A DNA stretch of 64,000 nucleotides from Candidatus Thalassarchaeum betae (GTDB lineage Archaea; Thermoplasmatota; Poseidoniia; Poseidoniales; Thalassarchaeaceae), in the NCBI GenBank assembly GCA_003193925.1, contig PSPG01000001.1:64001-128000 (forward strand). Reading direction: 5' to 3'. Below are positions 10,301 through 20,700 of the stretch, in pieces (position 1 is the stretch's first letter; every line of letters starts with the position of its first letter). Under the pieces are notes generated by a model. It had not been told where the DNA came from. It did not search any database and saw only the letters and a list, made by a program, of their open reading frames with translations. The position numbers were made by a program, and so were the translations under genes.

Positions 10301-10808
10301 CCATCTCTGCAAGTAGAGGCGCCTCTCTGGCCAACCGCTCCCATACAGGGTGGATACCCTGCTCGCATTCTGATCGGAGAGAGACCATTTCACCATCCCA
10401 CGATGAATCCCACGACGCGCCCATCCGCTGCTTCTGAGCTGCCAGCACAGCGAGTTTGTATGCGGGCGGCTCGCTTGAGCACAGGGCCTCGGCGGGGGTT
10501 GCTAATCGGTCCTCCATGCTCCTGATCTTCCCCCTGCCGCCGCGTCGGCCGAGCCTAGGGCGGCGTCTGCTTGTCGCACCGCTAGGACCAGAGGGGACCT
10601 CGATGCCAATCGCCTCGGGAGCCGCCTTGGTCGCGGCTAGGAAGGCCAACGCCTTCCATTCGAGTGGCAGCAGGGACCAAACCCGAGAATCCCGCACCTC
10701 CTTCCGGCGCCTGCCGAGATCGTCACCGGCTCTCTGAAGGAACTCGAGACACTCGTGAAGATAATCCTCCATCGGACCCCCCGGTAGGTCGGGTCCATGC
10801 ACTTCCAT
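7398..10808 (-). CDS. Large alpha-helical protein with C-terminal PIN-like domain
   Basis: 1136-aa ORF. The C-terminus has ILVDTNILI...GEF...DRDI...VATRDSDF, a PIN-like acidic pattern; the rest is Leu/Ala/Glu/Arg-rich. Start uncertain (possibly ATG 10772). Confidence 0.65.
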   Translation of the reverse strand: MEVHGPDLPGGPMEDYLHECLEFLQRAGDDLGRRRKEVRDSRVWSLLPLEWKALAFLAATKAAPEAIGIEVPSGPSGATSRRRPRLGRRGGRGKIRSMEDRLATPAEALCSSEPPAYKLAVLAAQKQRMGASWDSSWDGEMVSLRSECEQGIHPVWERLAREAPLLAEMGRFPVVEPEVVVVDSTDWVQAARFDPLDHNELKMWLSVDLPFKTSSEQASVLQSIKRDLSGGRVRPNRWLSSMRPSLRGLREEGALLEGILLASASSDEALGVFDVLEGGALGELSGRHSMLIRIRSGNLSDWEACAKRSGDGSLSRALRVAAWRRVEDSGVELSVQDLLAGSAVLAEVGEVIPEALKWSLASSLVSEGKASEALQHIEKLGIEGSLQVSTALDILVTVDSEALGDSVTEAVTTMDGDGALLVMRHDGVPIRIRLQAARRLSEMDSIRHTDEILNMFTSAADIGGLVGVLKEDPSLARAYPHRVLLAWHLISGKDAIGSKDNLSALRKSALMSIEGSVDDGILSDASIALISLLDGIPQDIESVHKKLDSDGLRALNEVRRALSPEGDGVVREARIEDLRHSIEIAELTRLESRLFDALIDALLLNRAAMDLQSGVTEREESAAESLGRLCGRKDSSMRIIGGATNLVIEHNVGVGPLEKWYSNHDRSGAEFQIVRAAILRGNDDRMNAARAYKDAAMKLRLDFERSALILRKSLIEFAHAAGWREAVALIDGHPVLSSSVTNRFKLYLRICRDHEEGKKEAASSRLIEFAAREEERTRNGAGNGVKARRLEALETLQRYPNEHDLPLDPFQGRVRAALQELRSSETSRQSDLERRFLIEMRGEKDTQEITLICMEVTEDDPLRGLWMLEKAIESGSLNAKQKNTLKRTQRALFGSHSGTIPVKDRRTLRNLSLRPLILVDTNILIGALKDDLLMEISVDSLGSLDWTVERAFHWMLRRRRGEDRVHLHIPPAAKGEFLHRAKSPDSVLGLFEDVYIDKGMWGEKITAEFLQERVQAICTAFGDWKHSGSEGNKTDVGLDEFLVRHREVFQLVDEQKRRGGKAPKRTSIGGEEIYPERGDRDIMCDAALLASTSINDVGSILVATRDSDFRLVSRALEEEYGFGVVGDAQQLNSRVL

Positions 10809-10881
10809 ACATCAACACATCGCCTTGCTCTGCAAGGCGCGGGGGGCGAGAACTCAAGGCTTCACAGCCGCAGCACCGGCT

Positions 10882-11349
10882 GTGGAAATCGCTCGCACGG
10901 CCGTGATGCTGCTACACCCGATTGCAGCGCTGACACTGATATGGCTGTTTGCCAAGCAGCGCCGCTGGAGGAAAGAGGGACGTTTACTGAAGGGGGCGGA
11001 GAGGTCCGCTGCACTGGAGTCACACCAGGTCACTGGTGACCGGATGATGGCAGCTGTCTTGGGGGTGATAGCACTGGCGTTCACTGCGCAGTTAGCCAGA
11101 GCCCAGTTCGACGGCGTCGATGCCACCGCCTACCTCGTTCCGGGGCACTTCCACGGCTGGGCGGGGTTGCTCGGCCTCGCCCTGATGCTGAACCTCTGGA
11201 GAATGGGACGCAAGACCCGTAACCAGAAGGCCGAGGGTCAGTCGTTCGCACGCAGCAAGGAGATGCACGGTAAAATCAGCGATCTGATGATGACACTGGT
11301 CTTCATCCACGCTTTCCTGGGCTTCCTCTACCTATTCGCGATCCTGTGA
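10882..11349 (+). CDS. Four-TM membrane protein with His residues (DUF4079 / cytochrome b561-like)
   Basis: Four hydrophobic segments with LLHP, HQ, HFHGW and MHG. Start uncertain (ORF open from 10825). Confidence 0.6.
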   Translation: MEIARTAVMLLHPIAALTLIWLFAKQRRWRKEGRLLKGAERSAALESHQVTGDRMMAAVLGVIALAFTAQLARAQFDGVDATAYLVPGHFHGWAGLLGLALMLNLWRMGRKTRNQKAEGQSFARSKEMHGKISDLMMTLVFIHAFLGFLYLFAIL

Positions 11350-12351
11350 TCAACGCTCCGCCCACATCTCGAGCCAGACCTCCAGATTCGCCTCGATGTC
11401 CCCGTGCTCCACCGGCCGCTTCACGCTGCCGCCTTCCTCCAGCGCCCGAATCCTGCAGCCACATGCATTGGCGTGTCCTCCGCCGTCGAGGTCGAACCTC
11501 GTGGCGAGCCTCGTCAGATCGTATATCCCGCCGGAGGTGTGCAGGAATGAGTTGGTGTAGAACGATGCCGAGACAGGGTATCGCCCCTCTTCTCCGAAGG
11601 AAGCACCGACATCTCCGTGGACCACTATGCAGGCATCGCAGTCGTCGCCGACAAGCGCAGTCACATGATAGCCGTTGGAGCGAACATCCCGGTCCTCCAA
11701 CCTGACGATTGCTAGACGGTCCACGACATAGGTGTTCTCGGCGATGACCGAATCCATCTCGGCCTGCTTTGCCCGCCTTTTCTCAAGTGCGGGCTCAACG
11801 ACTGTATCACTCAGTATCTTATCGACTGAAACGCCGTGCTGCAAGGCTTCGAGTATGTGATTTGCAATACCCGCCTCGATATCAATTACCCGTCCCAGCC
11901 AGATTACCGGGTGGTCGGAGAGGAACTCCTCGCGGTTGATCCCGCCTCCGTCCAGCTTGTCCACCCAGACCAAGAGGTCTTCGAGGTCGCTGAGATCCAC
12001 TTCACCGGCGAGCATATCGTACGCGATTCGAGCCGCGGACGGGGACTCCCTCCAAATGATGACGACACCATGGTCATCGCCCTCACTTGGAGCATTGGAC
12101 TGGTGGTGATCGATGCTCAGCCCGCAGTCCGGGTGTCGGGGCAAATCGCAGACTGCGGTGTGCCTGTCGATATGCTCGTCTAGCAGCCCGGCTCGCAATT
12201 CACCTGGGTGGCCGAAGACCACCTCGGCCTCAGGCCACCAGCGCCTCAGTATCGCTGCGGTGACGACTCCGTCGAGGTCGCTGTCAGTGACTATCCTGCG
12301 AATATCCAGTGCCAGCGCTTCGCGCTCCATCTCCGCACCAGCCCTAGCCAC
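11350..12351 (-). CDS. DHH/DHHA1 family phosphoesterase
   Basis: DSDLDG, DLP, IDHH and C-terminal GGGHANACG motifs. Confidence 0.85.
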   Translation of the reverse strand: MARAGAEMEREALALDIRRIVTDSDLDGVVTAAILRRWWPEAEVVFGHPGELRAGLLDEHIDRHTAVCDLPRHPDCGLSIDHHQSNAPSEGDDHGVVIIWRESPSAARIAYDMLAGEVDLSDLEDLLVWVDKLDGGGINREEFLSDHPVIWLGRVIDIEAGIANHILEALQHGVSVDKILSDTVVEPALEKRRAKQAEMDSVIAENTYVVDRLAIVRLEDRDVRSNGYHVTALVGDDCDACIVVHGDVGASFGEEGRYPVSASFYTNSFLHTSGGIYDLTRLATRFDLDGGGHANACGCRIRALEEGGSVKRPVEHGDIEANLEVWLEMWAER

Positions 12352-12426
12352 CCCCCCATTGTGCTTTCGCAGTCGAATGCGGCGAACTCATCAGGATCCG
12401 ATGGGCGCCCTAGTGGCAATTGAGAT

Positions 12427-12864
12427 ATGCATGGCCCCTTTGCGAATCCCATGGAGACTTCGTGCGGCTTCGTCCTCGTCAACTACGACAGCGTCCTTCT
12501 ACTGCAATATCCACAAGGCCACTGGAGCTTCCCGAAGGGGCACGTCGAGGCCGGTGAGACCAACCATCACATCACGGCCTCGCGCGAGCTCGCCGAGGAG
12601 ACTGGCATTAACGGGGTGGCGATTGACGACTCGTGGGGGTCGCGCACTCACTACACCTTCCGGAGGAAGGGCAGGGAGATCCCCAAGCAGGTCTACTGGT
12701 ACCTCGCTGAGACGAATGAGTTGGATGTCACCCTCTCCAAGGAGCACACCAACTACCTGTGGCTGGACTTCGAAGGGGCCGAGGCCCAACTTACCTTCGA
12801 CCAGGAGAAGGACCTCCTGCGCTCGGCGAGGGACCACCTGAGGTCAGTCGGAAGGTCGATTTGA
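12427..12864 (+). CDS. NUDIX hydrolase (Ap4A hydrolase-like)
   Basis: GHWSFPKGHVEAGE...ASRELAEETG Nudix box and LSKEH motif. Confidence 0.88.
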   Translation: MHGPFANPMETSCGFVLVNYDSVLLLQYPQGHWSFPKGHVEAGETNHHITASRELAEETGINGVAIDDSWGSRTHYTFRRKGREIPKQVYWYLAETNELDVTLSKEHTNYLWLDFEGAEAQLTFDQEKDLLRSARDHLRSVGRSI

Positions 12865-13473
12865 TCACTCCTCGCGCTTGCCCAGAGGGGTCCATAGGAC
12901 CTCTTCCTCCCCTGTGTGGGAGGAAATCCAGCGCCCGAGGACGAACATCCAGTCCGAGAGCCTGTTGAGATAGGAAACGACCTCTGCCCGTATCGCCTCA
13001 TCTCCGTCCATCTCACGCATCGAACAGGCGTGCCGCTCGGCTCGGCGTGCCACTGTGCGGGCCACGTGGAGAGTCGCTACCGGCGGGGATCCTGTGGGCA
13101 TGATGAATGACTCCAATGGCTCGAGATCCTCCAGCCAAATGTCCATCTCTGCGACCAGCCTGTCGCATGCGTCAGAGCCGATGAGAACCATCTGCTCAGG
13201 CAGCCTGCCAGGCGTGCAGGAGCACTCCCCACCGATGTCGAAGAGCTCCTGCTGGACCCCGCCCATCGCTTCATCCGCGGCGTTGCGGACCTCGAGCGAG
13301 ATGCTTGGCATCCGGTTGAGCTCCATTCTGACGACGCCGATTTGCGAGTTGACCTCGTCAATGGTCCCAAAGAGCCTCACTCGGGGATGCTCCTTGCCGA
13401 CCTTGGTCCCATCGAGCAGACGGGTCTGGCCCGTGTCGCCGGCTCCGGTGTGGACCTTGGTTATTCTAACCAT
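12865..13473 (-). CDS. pduO: ATP:cob(I)alamin adenosyltransferase, PduO type
   Basis: HTGAGDTGQT, GTIDEVNS, RTVARRAER and YLNRLSD motifs. Confidence 0.92.
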   Translation of the reverse strand: MVRITKVHTGAGDTGQTRLLDGTKVGKEHPRVRLFGTIDEVNSQIGVVRMELNRMPSISLEVRNAADEAMGGVQQELFDIGGECSCTPGRLPEQMVLIGSDACDRLVAEMDIWLEDLEPLESFIMPTGSPPVATLHVARTVARRAERHACSMREMDGDEAIRAEVVSYLNRLSDWMFVLGRWISSHTGEEEVLWTPLGKREE

Positions 13474-13501
13474 GCTGATTCTCCGATTAGGTTCGGTGCT
13501 A

Positions 13502-14227
13502 TCAATCGTCCCGAAGTGAGGTCGGCTTCGTTTGACTCAGCGCCTTTTCCATGGCACCGATCCACGCTTCGTCGACGGATTCCCAGCCGCCTGCCTTCTC
13601 CAGTTCGAGAATGTGCTCGCGCTCCTCCTCCTGGTTGCCCGCATGGCGGTGAATCAGTGCGAGAGCGGCGTGGCTCATCGCGTTGATCCAGGGATTCTCC
13701 ATGTCCCACGAACGCTCGAAGTGCGAGATGGCTCCATTCGGGCCGTGAATCAGGCCACGCCGAACTTGTCTCAGACCCGATTTCGACCATGAGATGGCTT
13801 GGACACCGACCACGAGGCCTCTGAAAGCCAAGTAGATCTCCAACAGGACCAGGATCGAGGCCACAGTGAATGATCCGATCTGCTCCGTCTGGCCCATGTC
13901 TGCCCACATATCGCCCATGAGGCTGATTGCGCCCATGCACAGCAGGATTCCTCCGAAGGGCGCGACCACGACGTCGTCGCGAAGAACAGCCATGTGGATG
14001 ACCCCGATGACCACGGCTACGCCACCGATGAACGCGGCTACGATTGCCGGGACCGACTCGGTGGTCGGACGAGGTGCCGTGGTCGAGATCCAGAGGACGA
14101 TGCCGATTATGATCAGGACAGCAGCGAACCTGCCGCTGATCTCTGGGAATGGCTGATGACGAGAATAGTACAAGGTGATGACGCCGAGGGCGATGAAGAG
14201 CGCGATCCAGAACCACATGGGAATCAC
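13502..14227 (-). CDS. Hypothetical membrane protein (about 5 TM plus a C-terminal helical domain)
   Basis: Hydrophobic N-terminal two thirds; overlaps the upstream gene by 4 nt. Confidence 0.7.
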   Translation of the reverse strand: MIPMWFWIALFIALGVITLYYSRHQPFPEISGRFAAVLIIIGIVLWISTTAPRPTTESVPAIVAAFIGGVAVVIGVIHMAVLRDDVVVAPFGGILLCMGAISLMGDMWADMGQTEQIGSFTVASILVLLEIYLAFRGLVVGVQAISWSKSGLRQVRRGLIHGPNGAISHFERSWDMENPWINAMSHAALALIHRHAGNQEEEREHILELEKAGGWESVDEAWIGAMEKALSQTKPTSLRDD

Positions 14228-14568
14228 TCCTCCCTTGGTTCGTCACGCCATCCCGGCTTCCAGAAGTCCTCGTCGTCGAGCCACTTCAACCACTCGTCAG
14301 CATCGGCTCGCAATAGCCTGAACGCTCTGCGGTCCAGACCTTCCAGCAGCGACTCGTCAACCTCCCCCTTGCCGTGGGACTCGGCCCACTCTGCCTGAAT
14401 TTGCCTGACTTGGCGATGACCCTCAGCGGAATCGTCGAAGCAACGCTCGCAGACATCCCTGAGGTCCTGGATCCACATCCGGGCGCCTCGCATGTGTGGG
14501 TCTTCGACGAGGGGCTTCTCCCTGCGCTTGAACGGCCACCACCCCATCTCTATCACTAACCCCCCCAC
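14224..14568 (-). CDS. Hypothetical protein
   Basis: Trp-rich acidic ORF coupled to the downstream gene. Start may be ATG 14547. Confidence 0.65.
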   Translation of the reverse strand: MGGLVIEMGWWPFKRREKPLVEDPHMRGARMWIQDLRDVCERCFDDSAEGHRQVRQIQAEWAESHGKGEVDESLLEGLDRRAFRLLRADADEWLKWLDDEDFWKPGWRDEPREE

Positions 14569-14714
14569 AGCCGACTTTCTTGATGCTTTGCGAACCGCTC
14601 AAGTCGGTGGTCGGGCACCAAGCGGCCTATGATACCCGGATAGCGCTGGTGATACGCTTGCGCACGCGCGGGGGGTTCTGTTGATAAGCGGGGCGAATTT
14701 GACGGGCCACTTCG

Positions 14715-17700
14715 GTGGTCGGCACGATGGACGAGACAAGCACTAGAACAATGAGAGACAGGAGGAAGAACAACTCTGCGATAGCGATGGTACTGCTCAT
14801 GCTGATGAGCGCGCAGCTGTACAGCTTCCAGGATTTCGAGAGGGATGATCCCGAGGAATCCGAATGGGGTGCCGTGCCTCAGAGGACGGCATACCAGCAG
14901 ATGAACCAGGCTTCGGGACCAATGTCAGGAGACTCCCAGGGTCAGCCAGCAGCGGGGTTCGCGTGGGACCAAGTCAGTTTCACCGATCCAAGGTACCACG
15001 ACCCCGCTTCGTTCTTCGGCAAGGTATCGGACCCCTCCATCCTCAACCTCGATGCCGGATACGGTTTCTTCCTCGAGCAGACTCGGACCCAGGACCACGA
15101 CAACGACGGTATCGACGACCTGAATGACCTCGATGACGACAACGACGGAATCAACGACCTCCTCGAGCGCTTCGACGGCTGCTACGGCACCGACCCGTTC
15201 GACCACGATAACGACGGCATCCTCGACGAGTTCGACTGGGACGACGACAGTGATGGCATCCTCGAGGGGCCGATCGACTACTCGCAGGGCACCGACCCGC
15301 GAAACGTCAGCGCCGACCGCTACGTCGAACCCTCCACCGTCCACCCGTGGACCGGGACTCCTGTCGGCACCGGCTACCTCGTCGACCAGAACCCGATGGA
15401 CCACGACAACGACGGGATAACCGATGAGGACACCGACGGCACCGGCCGCGGCTCCTACGACGAGGACGACGACAACGACGGTCGGATTGACCAGTTCAAG
15501 TGGCCCTGCGACTTCGACGGCGATGGCTTGCAGGACTACTTCGACCTCGATGATGACAATGATGGCGTGGCTGACCTGTGGGACGAGCACCCGTGGGACG
15601 CCACGAAGACCGGCAACATCACTGCCACGGCTCCCCTTTGGGAGGGCTGGGTGGTGTGGTCCGCAGGAGCCACTACTCACAACGTCAACATCGTGAGTGG
15701 GGGCTACATCTCGAGTACATTGAACATCAACGCAGGCGACACCGTGGTATGGACCAACACCGACACCGTCGATCATACGGTCACCCACTCCGGCACGACC
15801 TTCGACAGCAACCCGATTTCGCCCGGTGGCACCTTCAGCTACACATTCACCACTGCTGGGACTTACAACTACTCCTGTCTGCTACACCCCACGATGACCG
15901 GCCAAGTGGTCGTCACATCCTCGGGGACGACGGCTAATGTCTACTCGCACTTCGTCGGCGGCGTCGACTACGTGCAGCGCGAGACCATGTGGCACCCGCG
16001 AAACCAGAGCTTCACCATGATTATCGACGGCGACCTCGACGGTGACGGGATCCCTAACTTCCTCGACCCCGACGACGACAACGACGGCACGCCTGACTCA
16101 GCCGACACCGACGACGACAACGACGGCCTGTTGGACATGTACGACGTCGACGACGACAACGACGGCATCCCGGACACCTGCCATCAGATCGACACCAACA
16201 ACGACGGCGTAGGCGACTATCCGATTCCCTACACCAGAATAGAGGTCCCCGGCATCGACTGCGAGATGGATTACGACCGAGACCTCGACGATGACCGGTA
16301 CCGCCCCATAGACCAAGATTACGACTTGGTCTGGGACTGGTTGGACCCTGACATGGGGGGAACTGCTCTCCCAGACAATCCACTCGGTGGACCCGCCTTC
16401 GACGCCAGCGACATCCCATTCGACCTCGACAACGATGGCTTGTTGAACGAGGAGGACCCATTCATGATATCGACTTGGGACGAGGTACAGACTTGGAACT
16501 GCCCGAGCGTAGACAACCCGAACCCGGTCAACTCGCACGAGAACTGCGTGCTGATGCGCAAATCGTACACTGGCAACAACGACTGGGACGGTGATGGGAT
16601 CAACAACTGGGAGGACGTCGACGACGACAACGATGGCATCCTCGACTGGCTCGACCTCGACCCCGATTGCGACTTCGACGACGACAACGACCTCCACCAG
16701 CTGAACGGCTCCATGTACCGCGACGACGGTCCCAACGACATCGACACCGACATCGACGGTGACGGCCTGCCGAATGATGTGGACTGGGACGACGACAACG
16801 ACGGCATCCCCGACTACTACGACCCGGATGACGGCAACTGCGGGATAGTCGACTCAGACAGCACCGACCCGTTCAGCAGCTACTACTACTCACACGGAGA
16901 CGGCGATCCCATCGACGGCTCCGACGACAGTGACATGTACGCTGATGACACGGTGCACACTTTCTACTGGAACCAGAGTTGGATGTTCAATCCGTTCAAT
17001 CTGGAGAACAATTTCGTCCTCGACTACAACGGCTACGTCAACGACGCCACCGGTGTGGTAACCGGCAAGGTGCCCGAGATGTACTGGTACGTCATCATGA
17101 AGTGGAGTCCATACAACGGTGGCAACTACTTCGACATCGACATGGATGGCGACTCCTTAGTCAACGGCATAGACGTCGACCAAGACGGAGACGGCCTGCC
17201 TGACTGGTGGGACCAGGACGAGGGCAATGACGGAGTCCTCGATGTGGACGACATCAAGATGGGGGGCTCCTTCGACGAAGGGACCTGCGGCTCCACATTA
17301 TTCCTAGTCGTCTATCAGATTGCACTGTCCGATCACGCATGCGGCCTCGATTACGCCTGGCTGTACGGTTGGCCTCTCCAGAGGGCTACCCAGACCCAGC
17401 AGAACATCTACACCTCCCCTTACAGCTCCAGACCCGATCCGGAGCACGACGAAGGCGCTTACAACGGGAGCAATTCGCAGGGGCAGTGGACCTGCAACAA
17501 GAACTGCTTCTGGTTCGACTTCTTCGGCAATCAGGACATCGGCCCCAGCTCTGCTGTCACCTACAACCAGATCAAGGACAACCGCGACCTCTGGATTGCC
17601 TACGTCGGCATCAACTACGGCCTGTTCTCCTGGAACTCCGACGGCAACGGAAACATGTTCCCCGACGAGCGAGCCGACCTGTTGAACAACGACGTCGACC

Positions 17701-20700
17701 CGGACGACGACTGCGGCGCCCCCGTCGCGGGCAATATGGAACCGCAGTGCATGTTCAATGACACTGCTGACCTAGATGACGACTTCGATGGCATTTACGA
17801 CCATTGGGACATCGACGACGACAACGACGGCATCTGGGACTACTTCGAGGTCGACAGCAACGACGACTTCGACGACGACGCAAACACCGAGCCTCCGGGA
17901 GCGTTCTTCATCGGCTTCAATTGCGAAGATGGCGACGATGACGGTACCGACACCGACCCCGACGGAGACGGCTGGTATCAGGCGGTCTGGGACAAGGGCG
18001 TACTAGGACAGGCCATGCTGCATCCGAAGTACTACGACGTCGACAACGACAATGACGGCGTGCCCGACGGGGAGGACCCCGACGACGACAACAACGGCCT
18101 CGATGACGAGCAGCAGGAGCTCCTGTGCTTCGTCGGTGAAGAGCAGTCCCCGTGGGACCACGACAACGACGGCGTCCTCGATTGGGTCGATGACGACTGG
18201 GACGGCGACGGCATCGTCAATGTCCTTGAACTAGCCTCTGCGACACCGTGGATTACCCCTTGGGATCACGACAACGACGGACTGCGGGACGACGTCGACC
18301 TCGACGACGACTCTGATGGCATGTTGGACGTGGACGAGATCATGCTGTGGCCCTCGAGGTTCGGAAGCGAGTCGACCAACCCATGGGACCACGACGACTT
18401 CGGTGGCGGTGAGGGCATTGCCAACCCATCCGACCCCAACACCGGCCCGGATGCGATCGATCAGGATGATGACAGCGACAACCGCACCGACCTCGACTGG
18501 GACCACCTCGAGGAGGGCTGGACTTCGGACAACTGCACCAACGGAGCAGAGTCCAGCGACTGGGACCACGACAACGACTGCATCCTCGACGAGGATGACA
18601 AGATTCCGACTAGAATCTCCTTGACCGTCCCGCCTATCCTCTGGCTGGACAATCGGTACGCTGCCAGATTCAACGGGACCGTGAACTGGCTCGACCCCGA
18701 GCAAGGGGTGTTCACACCAGCCCCTGACCTCCCCGTGCAAGTGCACATCGAATGGGCGAGGAACGGTACCTCAGCTGTCGAGACCATCGACGTGCTGACG
18801 AATCAGGATGGGGTCTTCGTGGTCGGGCAGTTCCTGTTCCCCGAGGACATACACGTCGGTGACAACACGACATACATCGTGTACGCTGAAGTGACCGAGA
18901 TGTTCGTCCACGACGGCGCGTCGACGGAGCCAGTGCCCGTCGAAGTCCGTGCCAACACCACTATCGACTACGTCGCGTGGACCTACTTCCGAAGCGACGA
19001 GCAACCGCTCTTCGTAGATTACAAGGTCCACTACACGGCTGACTGGGAGCGCGGCATCTTCGGCAACAGACTGTCTCACGCCCCGGTCTCGTTCACCATC
19101 AGCGGAGGCCTCTTCGGCAACACCACCCACCCAACCGTGTTCGACGGCTACGGCTACGGCTACAGAGCCGATTCCGGTGGATGGGTATCACTCACCTTCG
19201 TCCAGAGCAGTGGCACTCAGGGAGTCTGGAAGCAGGTCCAATGGAACTCGTCGATGGACAACGGGCCGGGCAAGGTGCCTGGGGGCTACGAGGAGATCGT
19301 CTGGGACAACTTCTCCAAGACCCACAGCGTGTTAGACCGCTACAACTACACTAACACGAGCCTGCCGACCGGAGACTACGCCTTCGTCGGCTTCTCCCGT
19401 CCCGACTTGGGCGCCGAATGGCCCTGGCCTTTCCTCGAGGGAGAGAGGACCGACAGCTTCGGCATCCGCTCCATGCATCGGATGTACGTTGAGGCGGACA
19501 TCATCACGCCGTCCATCCGCCCGGTCTACTTCTGGGACAGCACGCAGTTCACAGGCTCCTCCTTCGGAGCGTGGCGAGCCATGTTCCACGGACCATCGCT
19601 GGTCAATGCCGGTCTCGACTACACAGACGTCAGCCTCGGCAAGCCGTACGCGATGCTTTGGGACGGGTCACCAGCCGGCCTGACTGGCGAGGCAGCCCGG
19701 CTCAGGCCGTTCATCAGCTCCAACGGCACACACTGGTTCATCTCGATGCAGAACGGAGGCGACTTCAACGTGCCACCGTGCGGGCCTGTCAACCCGTTGG
19801 ATCCTAACAGCGATGTGCGCTGCGAGATCGTCCCGGAGATGTTCACAGGTGAGACGTACCGTGTCATCGGCACCGTGTGGAACCGCACGATGACCGCTTG
19901 GCCGCACGACCCGATGGCCCTGCAGGTCGACGTCGACCACAACGGCGTTTTCGCCGGCTCCTCCGAGACCGGTTACGCCCGAGTGCCTCAGATGGTCAAT
20001 GGCGAGGCACGGTTCGACTACAACTGGACCTGGTACTCGCAGTACGCCGCCGGCGTCTTCGGCATCCGGGCCGACTTCACCAACTCGAACTACTACTTCA
20101 CTGGAAACCAGACATCAGTGCTGGCTCCGACAGGAGCATACGTCAACGTCTCAGTGATCGGGACCACCGACTTCCAGCTAAACAACATCCCGCGTCTCTA
20201 TCGCGGTCAGAACACGACCATCGAGGCGCGGCTAATCGACAACGCGTACCAACCGGTGCGCGACGCCCCGGTCAATTACACCTGGTCGGCGGATGGTACC
20301 AGCGACATCACCGTCACCGACCACAATGGCGTGTTCGCGGTCAACCTGACCATCGGCGAGCTGCACGATCTGGGCAACTTCACTCTGAGTTACTCGTATC
20401 CGGGAGACCCCTTCCACCAAGGCAGCTCCTCCGAGATCTACCTGTGGGTTGTCTCGAGGACGCTGATCTCGCTGCAGAGCGCGACCTCGGGCTCCATGTC
20501 GAGCGGTGACATCTGGGAGTTCTCGGCCCAAGTGACCGATGACAACCGGACCCCGAACCCCACAGTGTTCGACCCGGGTCAGGCCTTGGACGGCTGCGGT
20601 GAGAACGGTGGCGAGGTGCTCATCATCTTCGAGGGCACCGACTTCGAGGACCGCACCCATCGTCAGATAGTCGAGGCGACGTGTCCGAGCGCCGGCTCGA

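Noticed and set aside
15090-18610. GACGACGACAACGACGG nucleotide repeats as a DNA repeat array or DGR
   Set aside because: They are explained by the encoded DDDNDG protein repeats. Spacing is irregular and there is no reverse transcriptase.
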